From Alloascoidea hylecoeti (taxonomy: Eukaryota): 64,000 nucleotides of DNA. The stretch covers positions 540,613 to 604,612 of the forward strand of contig BCKZ01000001.1 of NCBI GenBank assembly GCA_001600815.1. Direction: 5' to 3'. The position numbers and the translations under genes were made by a program. This document shows, in pieces, positions 55,801 to 64,000 of this stretch (within the stretch, counting starts at the first letter, position 1; each line of letters starts with the position of its first letter). The notes under the pieces are model-generated. The model was not told the origin of the DNA and ran no database searches. It saw nothing but the letters and a program-made list of their open reading frames with translations.

Positions 55801-58800
55801 AATTGCTTCTGGTAGATTTGGTGTTACTTCTTATTATTTATCAGATGCTGATGAATTACAAATTAAAATGGCTCAAGGTGCAAAACCAGGTGAAGGTGGT
55901 GAATTACCTGGTCATAAAGTTTCTAAATCAATTGCAAAGACAAGACATTCAACTCCTGGTGTTGGTTTAATTTCTCCTCCTCCACATCATGATATTTATT
56001 CAATTGAAGATTTAAAACAATTAATTTATGATTTAAAATGTTCAAATCCAAGAGCAAGAGTATCTGTTAAATTAGTTTCTGAGGTTGGTGTTGGTATTGT
56101 TGCTTCAGGTGTTGCTAAAGCAAAAGCTGATCATATTTTAATTTCTGGTCATGATGGTGGTACTGGTGCTTCAAGATGGACTGGTATTAAATATGCTGGT
56201 TTACCATGGGAATTAGGTCTTGCTGAAACTCATCAAACTTTAGTACTTAATGATTTAAGAGGTCGTGTTGTTGTTCAAACAGATGGTCAATTACGTACTG
56301 GTAGAGATATTGCAATTGCTTGCTTATTAGGTGCTGAAGAATGGGGTTTTGCAACAACCCCTTTAATTGCAATGGGTTGTATTATGATGAGAAAATGTCA
56401 TTTAAATACTTGTCCTGTTGGTGTTGCAACCCAAGATCCTGAATTAAGAAAAAAATTCGAAGGTACACCAGAACATGTTATAAATTTCTTTTATTTTATT
56501 TCAAATGAATTAAGACATATTATGGCAAAATTAGGTTTTAGAACAATTAATGAAATGGTTGGTAGAGCTGAAAAATTAAGAGTTCGTGAAGAATTAAGAA
56601 ATACTAAAAATGCAAATATTGATTTAACTCCAATTTTAACACCTGCTCATACAATTAGACCTGGTGTTGCAACAAGAAATGTTCGAAAACAAGATCATAA
56701 ATTACATGTTCGTTTGGATAATAAATTAATTGATGAATCTGAAATCACTTTAGAAAAAGGATTACCTGCAACAATTGAAGCAGAAATTATTAATACTGAT
56801 CGTGCTCTTGGTTCAACTTTATCTTATAGAATTTCTAAAAAATTTGGTGAAAAAGGTTTACCTCATGATACTGTTCATGTTAATGTTACTGGTTCTGCAG
56901 GTCAGTCCTTTGGTGCATATTTAGCTCCTGGTATTACACTAGAATTAGAAGGTGATTCTAATGATTATGTTGGTAAAGGTTTATCTGGTGGTCGTTTAAT
57001 CATTTATCCTCCAAAATCTTCTGTATTTAAAGCTGAAGAAAATATCCTTATTGGTAATACTTGTTTATATGGTGCTACTTCTGGTACTTGTTTCTTTAGA
57101 GGTATTGCTGCAGAACGTTTTGCTGTACGAAATTCAGGTGCTACTGCTGTTGTTGAAGGTTGCGGTGATCATGGTTGTGAATATATGACCGGTGGTCGTG
57201 TTCTTGTTTTAGGTTCAACTGGTAGAAACTTTGCTGCTGGTATGTCTGGTGGTGTTGCTTATGTTTTAGATATTGGTCAAGAATTTTCTGAAAATGTTAA
57301 TCCAGAAATGGTTGAATTAACTTCAATTACTGATCCAGAAGAAATTGCTTTCGTTAGAGGTTTAATTGAAGATCATAGACATTATACTGGTTCTGAAGTT
57401 GCAGATAGAATTCTTAATGATTTTAATCGTATTTTACCATTATTTGTTAAAGTTTTACCAACTGATTATAAAAAAGTATTGGAAGAAGAAAAAGCAAGAC
57501 TTGAAGCAATTAGAAAACAAGAATTATCTAATTTTATTCATCAATTTAAAACAGATCCTGAAGCTGATATTACAAATGGTGAAATTTTTGGTCGTCGTAC
57601 TCCAACTGTTATTGATAGAAGACATAAAAGAGAACCTAAAGTTCAAGATTTAGAAGATGCAGTTATGGATATTAATGCTGAAGAACGTAAAAACAAAATA
57701 TTAACTATTGATAAAACTAGAGGTTTTATGAAATATAAAAGAAGAGCTGAAAAATATCGTGATTCGAAATCTCGTGCTAAAGATTGGAATGAACTATCTT
57801 CAAGATTAACAAAAGAAGATTTAAAATATCAAACTGCAAGATGTATGGATTGTGGTGTTCCATTTTGTACTTCGGATACAGGTTGTCCAATATCAAATGT
57901 TATTCCACAATGGAATGAATTAGTCTTTAAAGATCGATGGTTTGATGCTTTACAACGATTATTGATGACAAATAATTTCCCTGAATTTACTGGTCGTATT
58001 TGTCCTGCTCCATGTGAAGGTGCTTGTGTTCTTGGAATTAATGAGGATGCAGTTGGTATTAAAAGTGTTGAAGCAGCCATTATTGATCATGGTTGGGCCC
58101 AAGGATGGATCAAACCAAACCCACCAACTAAAAGAACTGGTAAAAATATTGCAATTGTCGGTTCTGGCCCAGCAGGTCTTGCCGCTGCTGATCAACTTAA
58201 CAAGGCTGGTCATAAAGTCACTGTTTATGAAAGATCTGATAGATTAGGTGGTTTATTAATGTATGGTATTCCAAATATGAAATTGGATAAAAAAGTAGTT
58301 AAGAGACGTACCGATTTGATGGAAGCAGAAGGAATTGATTTTGTATGTGGAGTTACAATCGGTGAAGATATAACTGTTGAAGAATTAAAAGCTCAGAATG
58401 ATGCAGTTATCTTAGCCGTTGGTTCAACAATTCCTAGAGATTTAAGAATCCCCAATAGAAATTTGAATAATATTATGTTCGCTATGCAATTATTAAAATC
58501 TAACACTGCTGCTTTACTTGATGATAAACTTGATGAAGTTAGAACAACTCTTGAAGGTAAACATGTTATTGTTATTGGTGGAGGTGATACTGGTAATGAT
58601 TGTTTGGGTACATCTGTTCGACATGGCGCTAAATCAGTTGCAAATTTCGAATTATTACCAAAACCTCCAGCAACGAGAGGTAAAGATAATCCATGGCCAC
58701 AATGGCCTCGTATTTTTAGAATCGATTATGGTCATTCTGAAGTTAAGGCACATTATGGTAAAGATCCTCGTGAATATTGTATTTTATCAAAGGAATTTGT

Positions 58801-59221
58801 TGATGATGGTGAAGGAAATGTTAGAGGTATAAATACTGTTCGTGTTGAATGGAAGAAATCGGAAAGTGGCGTCTGGCAAATGGCCGAAGTTCCAGGATCT
58901 GAAGAATTCTTCCCAGCAGATGTGGTTTTACTTTCTATGGGTTTTATTGGTCCAGAAGCCCAGAACTTAACTGCTGCAAGAGATGGTCGTGGTAATATAC
59001 ACACTTCAGAACCAACTTCATATCGTGTTTCAGAGGAAGAAAATCTATTCGCAGCTGGCGATTGTAGAAGAGGACAATCATTGGTTGTTTGGGGCATTCA
59101 AGAAGGAAGGCAATGCGCTAGAGAAGTTGATACATATCTTTTGGGATCGAGTAGATTACCAGGTAATGGAAGTATCGAAAGAAGAGATTACAAATTATTA
59201 GAAGAACTTTCCCATCAATGA
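52835..59221 (+). CDS. GLT1: NADH-dependent glutamate synthase (GOGAT), fused alpha and beta domains
   Basis: EKDA/CGVGF Ntn nucleophile, HSRFSTNTFPSW, FMN domain (QGAKPGEGG), 3Fe-4S CIMMRKCHLNTC, and beta-subunit ARCMDCGVPFC, GSGPAG and GGGDTG. Confidence 0.99.
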   Translation: MSASTTDLDGAPYSYDETPENTSWAHALPVKQGLYDPEYEKDACGVGFSCHIKGTVSHKIVSDARYLLCNMTHRGAVGSDARDGDGAGVMTSIPHLFMKKEFEREIDFKLPPLGQYAVGNIFFKNDNDVLNQSRITFEQIAKSLDLRVLGWRYVPRDSSILGPAALSREPLILQPIVVLEASYGNSNSPIESYSDEQFEEKFEKLFERQLYILRKQSTHTIGLHNWFYICSLSNKNIVYKGQLVPAQVYNYYFDLNNVDYEAHFALVHSRFSTNTFPSWDRAQPLRWAAHNGEINTLRGNKNWMRAREGVMSSKLFGDELDKLYPIIEEGGSDSAAFDNILELLVINGVLSMPEAIMLLVPEAWQNNPNMDPKKRAFYEWAACLMEPWDGPALFTFADGRYCGANLDRNGLRPCRYYVTDDDRMICGSEVGVIHIEPDKIIKKGRLRPGRMLLVDTKEGRIVDDRELKQKVSKRFDFKTWSAGNLITMDELFKKLNSRGLSKESLNPILKFNTIQSDPRLIAFSYSFEELSLLLVPMGTDGKEALGSMGNDGPLACLAEQPRLIYDYFRQLFAQVTNPPIDPIRESIVMSLECYIGPQGNLLEMKPTQCNRLLLPSPVLSMQEFNAINNISTVYPTWTITTIDITFEKTEGLKGYTNALNRICQEASQAIIDERKIIILSDRNTDLNHIPVSALIASGAVHHHLVRQKQRSKVAIIVETAEAKEVHHICVLVGYGADAINPYLALETLIQMNHEGLIKKKISNDEIVDNYKHSVDGGILKVMSKMGISTLASYKGAQIFEALGIDNSVIDRCFAGTASRIKGITFEYIAQDAFSMHERGFPTRETIKPIGLPETGEYHWRDGGDPHVNEPSAIANMQDAVRNKNEKAYDAYSKKEYEAIKNCTLRGLLDFNFEDSKPVPIEQVEPWTEIVRRFVTGAMSYGSISMEAHSTLAVAMNRLGGKSNTGEGGEDPERSYVNEDGDTMRSAIKQIASGRFGVTSYYLSDADELQIKMAQGAKPGEGGELPGHKVSKSIAKTRHSTPGVGLISPPPHHDIYSIEDLKQLIYDLKCSNPRARVSVKLVSEVGVGIVASGVAKAKADHILISGHDGGTGASRWTGIKYAGLPWELGLAETHQTLVLNDLRGRVVVQTDGQLRTGRDIAIACLLGAEEWGFATTPLIAMGCIMMRKCHLNTCPVGVATQDPELRKKFEGTPEHVINFFYFISNELRHIMAKLGFRTINEMVGRAEKLRVREELRNTKNANIDLTPILTPAHTIRPGVATRNVRKQDHKLHVRLDNKLIDESEITLEKGLPATIEAEIINTDRALGSTLSYRISKKFGEKGLPHDTVHVNVTGSAGQSFGAYLAPGITLELEGDSNDYVGKGLSGGRLIIYPPKSSVFKAEENILIGNTCLYGATSGTCFFRGIAAERFAVRNSGATAVVEGCGDHGCEYMTGGRVLVLGSTGRNFAAGMSGGVAYVLDIGQEFSENVNPEMVELTSITDPEEIAFVRGLIEDHRHYTGSEVADRILNDFNRILPLFVKVLPTDYKKVLEEEKARLEAIRKQELSNFIHQFKTDPEADITNGEIFGRRTPTVIDRRHKREPKVQDLEDAVMDINAEERKNKILTIDKTRGFMKYKRRAEKYRDSKSRAKDWNELSSRLTKEDLKYQTARCMDCGVPFCTSDTGCPISNVIPQWNELVFKDRWFDALQRLLMTNNFPEFTGRICPAPCEGACVLGINEDAVGIKSVEAAIIDHGWAQGWIKPNPPTKRTGKNIAIVGSGPAGLAAADQLNKAGHKVTVYERSDRLGGLLMYGIPNMKLDKKVVKRRTDLMEAEGIDFVCGVTIGEDITVEELKAQNDAVILAVGSTIPRDLRIPNRNLNNIMFAMQLLKSNTAALLDDKLDEVRTTLEGKHVIVIGGGDTGNDCLGTSVRHGAKSVANFELLPKPPATRGKDNPWPQWPRIFRIDYGHSEVKAHYGKDPREYCILSKEFVDDGEGNVRGINTVRVEWKKSESGVWQMAEVPGSEEFFPADVVLLSMGFIGPEAQNLTAARDGRGNIHTSEPTSYRVSEEENLFAAGDCRRGQSLVVWGIQEGRQCAREVDTYLLGSSRLPGNGSIERRDYKLLEELSHQ

Positions 59222-59492
59222 TGTATTTATCAATACGATTTATATTTCATTGTCATGTTTAATAGAAAATTTACTTATATTATATAATACTACTATACAT
59301 ATTTCAATAGTTTTAAATCATTGTCAATATACTTTATATGTAGAAAACTGTTATATATTTATTGTTAATTGGATGTAATAATTATAAGGAGGACCTTATA
59401 GGTAAAACTGTAAATTTCCACAACACCACTTTAAAATCAAAATCAAAATCAAAACCATCACCAAATTTTAAATATAAAATAATTAATATAAA

Positions 59493-61028
59493 ATGGCGAT
59501 TCATAGTGAAGACTCCCCTATCAATCATCCTTCGACCTCTCAGTATGATCCTCCTTCATTGGTAGAGAGGGTCAAGGATAATTTAGAGCATGTCGTTCAA
59601 GAAAAATTTCCTTTCAACCTTGATCTCATTAATAATCTCACTCTAAAACTATCACTTGATAAATCATATTACCATGATAAAGATGATAAGTTCTCAATTG
59701 GAGTAGTCGCTTATTTATTACCAGCGATTAATGGAGTTTTAAGATACTTTAATCTCAGTACAACCCCGGAGGCGTCAGCCACTCTGGAGTTACTTTCACA
59801 ACTTATGGAACCATTATCGTTTGAGAATATCTTATCATTAATCAATATAGATCTCATAATCGAGGCATTAAAAACACCCACCCCAGCTTTACCGGTTGCT
59901 TTTCTAAAACTTTTGGAAAAAGCTCACCCATCAGACATGTTGGCAAATACGCCAATAATAAAGGCTATTGTTGAATTGATTGCTGATAAATATACAAATA
60001 TTCCAGTGGTTAACGCTGCCGAAAAGGCTATATCTGTCATTTCTTCTGGGGAACTTGTTAGACGAAGATTACTTTCAGATTCTGTTCTAAAAATATTGAT
60101 GAAAATGAAAGATAGTAATGATACTACTCTACTCTTCCGTTTACTTGACTTAATAGAACCTTTAATTATTGCAGCACCCAATGAAATTCCAGAGTCGTTA
60201 TATCATATTGATCCTGAAATTATTGTCAAGAATCATGATGTCATATTGACTCTACGACTAATTCAATTCTATACAAGTCTGACAAAACTATCAATATTAA
60301 AAATGGCTGAATTAAAAGGTGATGAAGCCTGTGCTTTTAATTACCCGTTATTATTGACAACTATTACTCCTCAATTGGAAGCGATTTTTAAACTTTACAG
60401 TACAAAAAATATCAATAGAGATATTTCCAGTTTTTTAGCAAATGACATTGCATTACTATTCAAGACTTTATCAAGATCACCTTATACTGAAACTTCTATT
60501 TTTGAAAAATTTGATGAAAAATATCATGTCGTCAAAGATTTAGACAGTAGAACTGATCTATCATTGTTAATATTAACTGTTACTAACCCAAAATATTTAG
60601 CTGCTCATAATCGATCATTGATTATTGATATTCCCTTAAAAACTAAGTATGTTAAAGTCTATCAAAATCTAATGTCATCTCCTGAATCATTTAAATTGAT
60701 TTATCCTTCGATAACTACATCGCCATTAAAATCTCTGCCAAAATTAGAGATGTACCAAACATTGGAATCGATTGCATCTTATAAATGGTCTGTAATTAAA
60801 CTGCTTCATGACTTACCTCAAATTATGAACCTTATTATCGACGAAGAGGCTACTAGGGTAGTTGATGTCAATGTATTAAGGAGTCGTTGTAGAGTATTGG
60901 AAAAGTTGAGTCAAAATTGTGATAAATCAACCTTGGGAATCTGGTATAAAGGGATATATGAGGAATTATCGAAAGCCAAGAAAGATGTGTATGAACCGAA
61001 AGTTCTTGTTCATGATAAAGCTTTTTAA
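59493..61028 (+). CDS. HSM3: Probable proteasome base assembly chaperone Hsm3 (PSMD5-like helical-repeat protein)
   Basis: 511-aa Leu-rich helical ORF with PSDMLANTPII and ELVRRRLL segments that I recall from fungal Hsm3. The assignment is from memory, not a search. Confidence 0.6.
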   Translation: MAIHSEDSPINHPSTSQYDPPSLVERVKDNLEHVVQEKFPFNLDLINNLTLKLSLDKSYYHDKDDKFSIGVVAYLLPAINGVLRYFNLSTTPEASATLELLSQLMEPLSFENILSLINIDLIIEALKTPTPALPVAFLKLLEKAHPSDMLANTPIIKAIVELIADKYTNIPVVNAAEKAISVISSGELVRRRLLSDSVLKILMKMKDSNDTTLLFRLLDLIEPLIIAAPNEIPESLYHIDPEIIVKNHDVILTLRLIQFYTSLTKLSILKMAELKGDEACAFNYPLLLTTITPQLEAIFKLYSTKNINRDISSFLANDIALLFKTLSRSPYTETSIFEKFDEKYHVVKDLDSRTDLSLLILTVTNPKYLAAHNRSLIIDIPLKTKYVKVYQNLMSSPESFKLIYPSITTSPLKSLPKLEMYQTLESIASYKWSVIKLLHDLPQIMNLIIDEEATRVVDVNVLRSRCRVLEKLSQNCDKSTLGIWYKGIYEELSKAKKDVYEPKVLVHDKAF

Positions 61029-61164
61029 TTATGATAATTGTTGTTTATTTTGCTAATATTTAATAATAACGTTACAGTAGATTTGTTTACAATTCTTTTA
61101 AGATATTTATTATTATATTATTGTATACATAATCTATATTCATAAAGGATGCTATATGATTTCT

Positions 61165-64000
61165 TTACAAGTAAAGAGAACCCGCAGATACAATATCTCT
61201 GTGAACCAAAGTCAATGCTTTTTCCATCTTTTCCTCCAACATACCATTTCCAATTGTTTTAGCAGCTGCTGACATCTGTCTTAACATCTCCTCTAATCTC
61301 TTAAACATTCTAATTAAACTTCCTTCGTAAACATCAGTCATTTTACATATTTGTGTAAAACTGGCACCCTTACACCAAGCAAAAACAACTTCCATTAATT
61401 CTGACCTGAATGATTCAACATAATCTTTTTCAACAATATCTAATTTGGAATCTTTTGAAATTTTAGCTATTCTTGTAGCCATTTCACGCATTTGCTTTAG
61501 CGGTTCTTCTAACTCAGGTTTTAATCGTGGGGATTCTTTGGATCTCTCCTCAAAAACAAAACAACTCATCAAAGCTGCAGATTGCTCTGGAGTCAGATCA
61601 TTAAAAGTACCATTAAATATCAGTTCAGTGAGTAATAATTCATCACCAGTACTAATTTCACAGGCAACACGTCCTTTTAGCTCAATTATATCCTGCTGCG
61701 AAGTAAAATTCAACCTTCTTAATACTCTTTTTCTCTTCTTTAAATCATCCAATTGAATGACAGCATTAGCATCTGAAATCTTGTTCTTTATCTGCTGAAT
61801 ATCTGATATAAGACTAACTTTTTCGGAATAACTATTAAATAAATCCTTCAAACGAGAGGAGTTATGCAAAGGATTCGCGTATAACTTAGCTTCTAGAATT
61901 TCAATTTTCCTAAGAAGCTTTCTAAATTCATTATCGTCAATTTTCATGTCCTCTACTGGATCCAATAATGGAACACCATCTGGATAACGATTGGGGAGTT
62001 CATTAAGTAATCCCTTAATTCTTTCTCTATGCTTCAATTGTGTAAGATCCAAGCTCTTCAGCTCTAAACGCATCAAACCGATAGCTTCTATACCCTCCAA
62101 GGTAATTGGAATGACCTCACATCTTGTTTTTTCGCCATGTTTAGCGGGTCTAATACCTTCGGCAAGGTCAGGTATATGTGGCTTAATAAGGTTAACTGGT
62201 GAATCAGCATATAAAGTAGCAACCAACACGTCAACAATGAAAGACTGGTGCTCGTTTAGTACAATGTTTGCTCTATGCTTCTTTGGAATGGTTCTCTTTT
62301 GAAAATTAACAACCACTCCCCAACCATATTCATCCTTTCCAATTTTGACCTTTATTACTCTACCTGGCTGTATAAATCGTAAAACATGAGTAGGGTGTGT
62401 AATAACATGCCTAAAGTCTTCACCATATTTTGTTAATTGAGCCTTTAAGTCATAATATTCTTGAATTGTACCTTCATCCTCAATGACAGTCTCAGCTAAT
62501 TTAGTATTAAAATCTGCTAGTTTTTTCTCTAAAACAGGGACCGCAGCAGCATTCTGAAATTGATAAAATGATCGTTCCAGCATGAATTCGGGTGAAATTC
62601 CTTCGACTCTCATCAAATTCAAAATCATATTATATCCTAAATGGAAGGCGGAATCTAGTCTATCAGCTTCACCTTTAACCATTCCTTTAGCAACTTGAGG
62701 TTCCATTTTTTCATCAATCATCATAATAACAATACCACGATCATCAAGACCACGACGACCTGCTCTTCCTGACATTTGAATATATTCACCACCAGAAACC
62801 CAACGGAAATCTTTTCCATCCCATTTACGAACACTTGTAAAAACGACAGTTTTTGCAGGCATATTTAAACCGATTGAAAATGTTTCTGTTGCGAAAAGAA
62901 CTTTTAAAAAACCTTCTTGGAAAAGAATTTCAATAATTTCTTTTAAAATTGGTAATAAACCGCTGTGATGAATACCAATACCACGTTTTAATAGGTTTAT
63001 TATCGAAGTGATTTGGGGTAATCCTTTATCAGAATCAGGTAATATACTAACTGCATTGTCGTAAATCTTTGTAAGAGCTTCTTTTTCTTCCTCAGTATTA
63101 AAATCTAGTTTACTCATTTTCAATGCTAAAGATTCACATTCACGTTTACTAAAACTAAAAACAATAACTGGATTGAATTTTTTGTTCCAGATCATTTTAA
63201 TAATCTTATAGATGTCTGACTTTCCATCTTGTTTACCACCTTTATAGCTTTGCCCCTTCTTTCCCCTTTTGGATTCAATTGCACCAGGGTCATCGCCCAT
63301 GTTATCACTAATAGAAGCCATTGCCTTTTGAAAGTTTTCTTCCCTAAAGCCCCCCTTTTCATCCACAACCAGATGAATACCATTGCCATTGGCAGGAAAT
63401 AAATAATGCTGTAATGGAGTTGGTCTAAAGTTTGTATAAACAACATGACATGGTTGTGTATGGATTTTACAAATCCATTCAGCAAATTCCATAGCATTAG
63501 GAATTGTAGCAGATAAAAATACATAATGAACAGCATCGGGCAATAAAATAATTGTTTCTTCCCAAACAACACCTCTTGCTTTATCTCTCATATAATGAAC
63601 TTCATCAAAAATAACCCATGCAACTTCTCTCATCATTTCTGATCCTCTATAGAGCATCGATCGTAAAATTTCAGTGGTCATAACAATGCAACCGGCATCT
63701 GGATTTATCGTAACATCACCTGTCATCAAACCAACATCTCCAAACTCAGCAGAAAGTTCACGATATTTCTGATTACTTAAAGCTTTAATTGGAGATGTAT
63801 AAATTACACGCTGTTTCTGTTGTAAACTCTGGGCGATGGCATATTCAGCAACAACTGTTTTTCCTGCAGATGTGTGAGCAGATACCAAAACACTCTCATT
63901 GCGATCAATACAAGATATCGAAGTATCTTGAAAAGGATCCAAAATAAAGGGGTATGTTCTTGCTTCATTTTGTCGCTGGTGCTGGCCAATTGGAATATAT
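61165..64000 (-). CDS. MTR4: Ski2-like DExH RNA helicase Mtr4; the 5' end lies beyond the window
   Basis: [37 protein letters not shown], arch/KOW region and C-terminal [11 protein letters not shown]. The frame stays open to the window edge. Confidence 0.98.
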   Translation of the reverse strand, partial: YIPIGQHQRQNEARTYPFILDPFQDTSISCIDRNESVLVSAHTSAGKTVVAEYAIAQSLQQKQRVIYTSPIKALSNQKYRELSAEFGDVGLMTGDVTINPDAGCIVMTTEILRSMLYRGSEMMREVAWVIFDEVHYMRDKARGVVWEETIILLPDAVHYVFLSATIPNAMEFAEWICKIHTQPCHVVYTNFRPTPLQHYLFPANGNGIHLVVDEKGGFREENFQKAMASISDNMGDDPGAIESKRGKKGQSYKGGKQDGKSDIYKIIKMIWNKKFNPVIVFSFSKRECESLALKMSKLDFNTEEEKEALTKIYDNAVSILPDSDKGLPQITSIINLLKRGIGIHHSGLLPILKEIIEILFQEGFLKVLFATETFSIGLNMPAKTVVFTSVRKWDGKDFRWVSGGEYIQMSGRAGRRGLDDRGIVIMMIDEKMEPQVAKGMVKGEADRLDSAFHLGYNMILNLMRVEGISPEFMLERSFYQFQNAAAVPVLEKKLADFNTKLAETVIEDEGTIQEYYDLKAQLTKYGEDFRHVITHPTHVLRFIQPGRVIKVKIGKDEYGWGVVVNFQKRTIPKKHRANIVLNEHQSFIVDVLVATLYADSPVNLIKPHIPDLAEGIRPAKHGEKTRCEVIPITLEGIEAIGLMRLELKSLDLTQLKHRERIKGLLNELPNRYPDGVPLLDPVEDMKIDDNEFRKLLRKIEILEAKLYANPLHNSSRLKDLFNSYSEKVSLISDIQQIKNKISDANAVIQLDDLKKRKRVLRRLNFTSQQDIIELKGRVACEISTGDELLLTELIFNGTFNDLTPEQSAALMSCFVFEERSKESPRLKPELEEPLKQMREMATRIAKISKDSKLDIVEKDYVESFRSELMEVVFAWCKGASFTQICKMTDVYEGSLIRMFKRLEEMLRQMSAAAKTIGNGMLEEKMEKALTLVHRDIVSAGSLYL

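Overview
AT-rich, gene-dense eukaryotic DNA from an intron-rich budding yeast (Saccharomycotina; CTG reads as Leu at conserved positions, so probably an early-diverging, non-CUG-reassigned lineage - inference). It holds 21 supportable protein genes and one tRNA-His(GUG). In order: LEU5, an allantoate-permease-family MFS transporter, UBA2, a SAC7-like RhoGAP, RVS167, an inositol-type sugar porter, a CCP2-like heme peroxidase, MUS81, PET123, a small hypothetical, MTR10, an Asn-rich orphan, mitochondrial ClpP, a DJP1/CAJ1 J-protein, tRNA-His, WHI3, an orphan, a 1971-aa low-complexity protein, UBX7, GLT1, HSM3 and a 5'-truncated MTR4. I reconstructed 14 spliceosomal introns by hand. The most notable observations are: (1) sharp GC islands (63-73% GC in sampled 60-mers against 12-20% nearby) that ignore gene boundaries, two of them carrying G-quadruplex motifs; (2) an intact ClpP lying inside one island; (3) a peroxidase with a predicted membrane helix whose distal catalytic His is replaced by Asn; (4) a cluster of Whi3-type (U)GCAU sites directly after the WHI3 stop codon; (5) a dense Gcn4-site cluster upstream of the MFS transporter; (6) several cryptic spliced fragments or pseudogenes in intergenic DNA. 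No intact mobile element, rRNA or CRISPR array was seen.
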